Shown here in pieces: positions 59,491 through 64,000 of a stretch of 64,000 bases of DNA. The DNA comes from Pinctada imbricata. Lineage: Eukaryota. A program made the translations under genes and the position numbers. The notes under the pieces were generated by a model. The model had not been told where the DNA came from and ran no database searches. It saw only the letters and a list, made by a program, of their open reading frames with translations. Position 1 is the first letter of the stretch; each line of letters begins with the position of its first letter. The stretch covers positions 62,132,347-62,196,346 of the forward strand of contig VSWD01000008.1 in assembly GCA_033119305.1 (NCBI GenBank), given 5' to 3'.

Positions 59491-60756
59491 CATTCCTATA
59501 TTCCTATTCCTATATACGATAGATAGTTAGGTATCGTGATTAAATTTCTAATTAATTCCCTGGGTGAACCAATAAAGACTCTACATGTCGAATGAAGTAT
59601 GGAAAGTACGATGCACAAAAGCGACCTAATAGGTAAATTTAAAGCAGCAAGTATCTTTATTTAGTTTAGATGTTTCTTTCTTCTTAATTTGAATACTAGT
59701 TTATATGAATACAAGAAATATTCAAATGCGCAAAAAGTGCTGAAACAACTGAATATATGACCGTTAATGACACCTTTATTTCTACACCCATCCCTGAGGT
59801 TTAACTTTTATGACAGTAATGTTTTGATAAATGATAAGATCGTTTATATCACTATATGATATGGAGGTATTTCTGTCTCTTGTGGGCGGATGAAGCAGGT
59901 GTCCAGCATCTGTCACCGTCTAACTATAATGTATTACCGGTCCTTTTATCGTGGATTAAACGAGTTAAAATAGACAGACAGAAAGACAGGCAGACATAAT
60001 GATAGAATTTCACTGATAAATCTATTGTGTTCTTGTTATGACCAGTCACCAAGTTTCTTTACTTTTTAGTACTACACATTGCATACCTAATTCATTCATT
60101 TTTAAAATTCAGTTTATAGATTTTATGCAGATTAGTCGTTATCTACAGATATAATGCCCGAATGACTTTTTAAAATCTTTATTTCTCCATTAAAATGCAT
60201 GCATATGTTAAAAGATTATACGGAAAACAAGGTTTTGATTTACTTGCCGTGAGATAGTCTTAAGGTTAAATGCATGTAACAATTCATAATAATGAGGGCA
60301 TGTTTAAGGTTATGTATATATATGCGATATACCTTGACCTCTTTAAAATTCATATATTATTGTTGATGACTTTTGTTTGACAGGTAGCGGTGCAATGAGA
60401 TGATTAAGTGTGAGAAATGATTAATTTGTCTGCTATGTAACACAAGGAAAAGTACATCCGGCACAAAAAATTTCAAATGTCGACACAAAATTACAATATT
60501 TTGTTTTTCTTTTTTTTTTTTACAAATGATCTAAACTTACTTTTTTTCCGGAAAGATTACAAAAAAAAAAAAAAGATTTTGAGCAATAAACTTCATCCAC
60601 ACGAAGTTTTGCTGACAAAGTAAGAAAAAGACGTCATTTTACGAAAATGTATACGTCATAATCGATCGATCATATTTTAATTCGTAGTGATGACCTTTTT
60701 ATACCATAACACTATATAATGCTATAAAAATGAATGACGTATATACAAGATATTAA

Positions 60757-60900
<144 letters not shown>

Positions 60901-60915
60901 CGATATCACTCTAGG

Positions 60916-60925
60916 AATAAATAAA
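60916..60925 (+). promoter_or_regulatory. Candidate poly(A) signal (overlapping AATAAA motifs) for the polyamine oxidase-like gene.
   Basis: AATAAATAAA lies 16 nt after the TGA stop. Confidence 0.3.
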
Positions 60926-61899
60926 TAGGTGCTATTTTTGTATAGGGATTTTTTTCCCAAGGGATGGATGGGTGTTTGGAGAGGGGGTTGCTTATTTATT
61001 GTATATGATATATATGAATTTATTTAAGTGAAAAAAAATTGTCAGAAAGTCAGTGTCATGTGTTTATGTATCTTAAACTCTTATGAAAATCTAGGAGACA
61101 TATTTTAGTGAACATAAAAATGACATTTAATGCCGATTCATTAAAATGTCATATATACATTCCATCGATGAATAGACGCAATTCTTGAAATTTGTGAATA
61201 TATTCCAAACCAATAGGAACATATTAACTCTACGTAATTTGAAAATGACCCATTGTCTTCTTCGTGTAAAAAAAAAGATATGTAGCATTAGTTTTTAAAA
61301 ATCACAAAACGGTAAGTCCATAGTGTACTAAATAAGTCCCCTACCAGCATGATTCCTGTAACTTTGCCTAGAACGCTTCATTCAATTTGACCTGTACTTA
61401 CTCCAAAAGATGAATACCCACTCAATTATCATTTCAATACAGGTATAATTATGTATTAGAAAAGGTATCGAAAACTGAAAATTTCACAAAATTTGCTGAG
61501 TCCAACGGCCATAACTCTGGTAAAAATGGATCAATCAAAACCAAACTCGATCTTGATCTGTATAACACTAAGATTTATTCACATACCGAAAATTAATTCA
61601 TTATCTGCAATACCAGGGAAGTAAGGTCCGAAAAACTGAAAAAAAAACTAATAAAATTTGCTAAGTCCAAGGACCATAACTCGTTTAAAAATAGGGCAAT
61701 CAAAACCACGCTCGAACTTGATCTGTATCATAATGAGATATTTTACATGCCAAAATGGATTCAATATATGCAACAACAAAAACAAAGTCTGGAAAACTTA
61801 CAGACAGACGGACGGACGGAAAGACAAACGGAGTGGAAACTATAAGTCCCCTCCGGCGAGCCGGTAATGTTTAAAGGACACGAAGCTCAAGTGAGTTAT

Positions 61900-62290
61900 T
61901 ATCATAGCGCGCCGTCCGTCATAAACTTTTAACATTTTCTGCAACAGCTGCACAGAATTTCACGAAACTTTACAGGAAGCAAGTACTCAAGCTCCTCTAC
62001 GAAGTTTGTGCTTTTCGTGTCGATCGGTCAACATATATGGCCGCCGAGGCTCTGATTAGCTGACACATTTTCGACATCTCTGCAGTCGCTGCACAGAATT
62101 TCGCGAAACCTCAAAGGAAGCAAGTACTCAGTGTTCTCGGCTATTTTTTTTTTTTTTTTTTTTGTCGTTCCGATCGGTCAACAAATCTGATTGGCTGACG
62201 CATTTTTGACATCTCCTCTGCAACCGCTGCACTGAACTTCATGAAATATTACAGGAAGCAAGTACTGAAGATCCTATACGAAGTTTGTTT
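61900..62290. repeat. 145-bp satellite, divergent array of about 2.5 units.
   Basis: Units resemble ...ctgcaacagctgcacagaatttcacgaaactttacaggaagcaagtactcaagctcctctacgaagtttgtgcttttcgtgtcgatcggtcaacatatatggccgccgaggctctgattagctgacacattttcgacatctc... Confidence 0.75.
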
Positions 62291-62451
62291 TTTAGCTCAA
62301 CTGAGCGAAGCTCAATTAACGAGATATCACACGCGTTTCAGTAGCCTCCCTTAGACGAGAATTTTAAAGAAATCTCCACGCTGAAGATTTCCGATTTTCG
62401 TAACTGAAAATGACTAGATGTTCTGGCTTTGTTATAATCGCTCATTCGGCA

Positions 62452-62545
62452 AGTAGATCCAATAGCTCAGAGGTAGAGATCATGCCTACCATACGGGAAG
62501 ACCGTGGTTCGAGCCTGAGCGTAGGGGCAATGATCAGATTGTTAA
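62452..62545 (+). mobile_element. tRNA-derived SINE-like sequence, or a degenerate tRNA pseudogene.
   Basis: A Pol III A-box-like TAGCTCAGAGGTAGAG is at 62463..62478. A B-box-like GGTTCGAGCC is at 62506..62515, with typical ~30-nt spacing. I could not fold a canonical cloverleaf: the D, anticodon and T stems are imperfect. ORF-track ORF 62410..62598 overlapping it is not credible as a gene. Confidence 0.35.
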
Positions 62546-63284
62546 TCGTACGTAAATACGATTTTTTTCTTTGCAAAGTAATGGTAAGCCTAGAGTGACC
62601 AACAATAGTCAAATTCTTGCTGAAATTGAACTTCTTTGAAAATTTTGTTAAGATTTTTTTACCTACATGCATGTACATATAAGTCAGATGTCAGTAAAGT
62701 GTTTGAATGTAGAGAAACTTATAATAAAGTTACGCATATGGTACATGTAATATCATTACACTTGTGCACATACTGTCATGTTATCACACAAAATCTGTAT
62801 TCGGTTCTATTTACTTACATATTGACATCTTTGTGAGTGAAGGAACACTGCTGTGATATTTCAAAAAGTTGATTATATAAAATCGGATGCTTTTGTCTTT
62901 GGTCACATAGTAAAGAAAGATAACTCGAATTGCACTTTTAATTTTTTACATGATAATTTACACATTCAGTCAGATTTTGCAACATATGACCTGGTCATTG
63001 AATGATTTCTTTCTATAAGAATTTGCACAATATGATGAGGGAATTATATGTGAAGTTTCATTTGAAAATCTTGGGCTGAAAAAAATATAGCCAAAAAATG
63101 AGCATTTCCATTACAATCAATGGATGGCTAAAACGTCTGATCAGTTTCAAAATCTCAAAATTTAGGATGGTGACCTCCTAATATTGTCCCTTACATCTGA
63201 ATTAAATTAGGAAATCAGAATTATGCATTTTTTTCTGAAAATAAATGTTGTATAACACGAGACGTGTGATATCACCTTAAGCTA

Positions 63285-64000
63285 TTGTCATAGCGGACCG
63301 TCCGTCGTAAACTTTTAACATTTTCGACATCTCCTCTGCAACTGCTGAACAGAATTTCACGAAACAAAAAGCAAGTACTCAATTTCCTTTACCAAGTTTG
63401 TGTTTTTCTTGCCGATCGGTAAACAAATATGGCTGCCGAGGGCTCCGATTGGCTGAAACATTTTCGATTTCTCTTCTGCAACTGCCGAACAGAATTTCAC
63501 GAAACCTTACAGGAAGCAAGTACTTTAGGTCCTCAACCAAATTTGTGTTTTTTTATGCCGATCAGTCTACAAATATGGCTGCCGAGGGCTCTGATTGGTT
63601 GACTCATTTTCGACTTCTACTCTGCAACTGCCGCACAGAATTTCACGAAACCTTACAGGAAGCAAGTACTCTAGGTCCTCTACCAAGTTTGTGTTTTTTA
63701 TGCCGATCGGTCAACAAATATGGCTGCCGAGGGCTCTGATTGGTTGACTCATTTTCGACTTCTACTCTGCAACTGCCGCACAGAATTTCACGAAACCTTA
63801 CAGGAAGCAAGTACTCTAGGTCCTCTACCAAGTTTGTGTTTTTTATGCCGATCGGTCAACAAATATGGCTGCCGAGGGCTCTGATTGGTTGACTCATTTT
63901 TGACTTCTACTCTGCAACTGCCGCACAGAATTTCACGAAACCTTACAGGAAGCAAGTACTCTAGGTCCTCTACCAAGTTTGTGTTTTTTCTTGCCGATCG
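63285..64000. repeat. 145-bp satellite array of about 5 units, truncated by the window end.
   Basis: Unit is ccgatcggtcaacaaatatggctgccgagggctctgattggttgactcattttcgacttctactctgcaactgccgcacagaatttcacgaaaccttacaggaagcaagtactctaggtcctctaccaagtttgtgttttttatg. ORF-track ORFs 63643..63831 and 63788..63976 are identical and offset by 145 bp, which confirms the period. Confidence 0.9.

Noticed and set aside
62452-62545. Possible bona fide tRNA gene.
   Set aside because: A-box-like and B-box-like motifs are present, but I could not form a canonical acceptor, D, anticodon or T stem. It is therefore called SINE-like or pseudogene only.
62410-62598. ORF-track 62-aa ORF on the plus strand.
   Set aside because: It overlaps the tRNA/SINE-like A-box and B-box sequence, so coding is implausible.
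63398-63976. ORF-track ORFs 63398..63739 (plus) and 63643..63831 and 63788..63976 (minus).
   Set aside because: They lie entirely within the 145-bp satellite array. The two minus-strand ORFs are identical and offset by one repeat unit, so they are artefacts.

Overview
This window is eukaryotic nuclear DNA, not prokaryotic. It is AT-rich, has spliced genes with GT-AG introns, and is packed with MITE and satellite repeats. The repeat content looks like a bivalve mollusc (oyster-like); that is a guess from memory. No CRISPR arrays, operons or defence-island organisation are present.

Three protein-coding genes can be supported by reading the sequence against remembered human proteins:

- **SPEF1/CLAMP-like gene, minus strand, 5' part only.** Three exons encoding a calponin-homology-like (SPEF1-type) N-terminus: 12082/12031..11923, 8830..8719 and 8503..8370. 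Downstream exons were not found.
- **TEP1 ortholog, plus strand, complete.** I resolve 51 coding exons from ATG 15421 to TAA 48582. Phases are consistent across all junctions and the exons sum to 8361 nt, giving a 2786-aa protein. Domain order is an N-terminal Ser/Thr pentapeptide-repeat region, TROVE, a vWA-like region, DUF4062, a NACHT P-loop NTPase, then about 20 exons of WD40 repeats. TEP1 is telomerase-associated protein 1, also the vault-associated protein.
- **Polyamine oxidase (PAOX/SMOX-like) gene, plus strand.** Five coding exons from ATG 52798 to TGA 60900, giving 477 aa with an N-terminal GxGxxG FAD-binding fold.

The introns and flanks carry the following repeats:

- Two copies of a pearl-like MITE (microsatellite plus ~160-bp tandem repeats) sit in opposite orientation in TEP1 introns 20 and 37.
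- Other TIR-bounded MITEs lie in TEP1 introns 30 and 41 and in PAOX intron 2.
- A 2.5-kb 38-bp satellite fills PAOX intron 4.
- 145-bp satellite arrays bracket a tRNA-derived SINE-like sequence at the 3' end of the window.
- There is a near-perfect ~150-bp palindrome at 9075..9221 and a 44-nt poly-G tract in TEP1 intron 24.
- Local tandem duplications copy exon/intron junctions at exon 5 and exon 26 of TEP1.

All exon boundaries are manual splice-site calls from the raw sequence. Homology statements rest on memory of human TEP1, SPEF1 and PAOX and were not searched.
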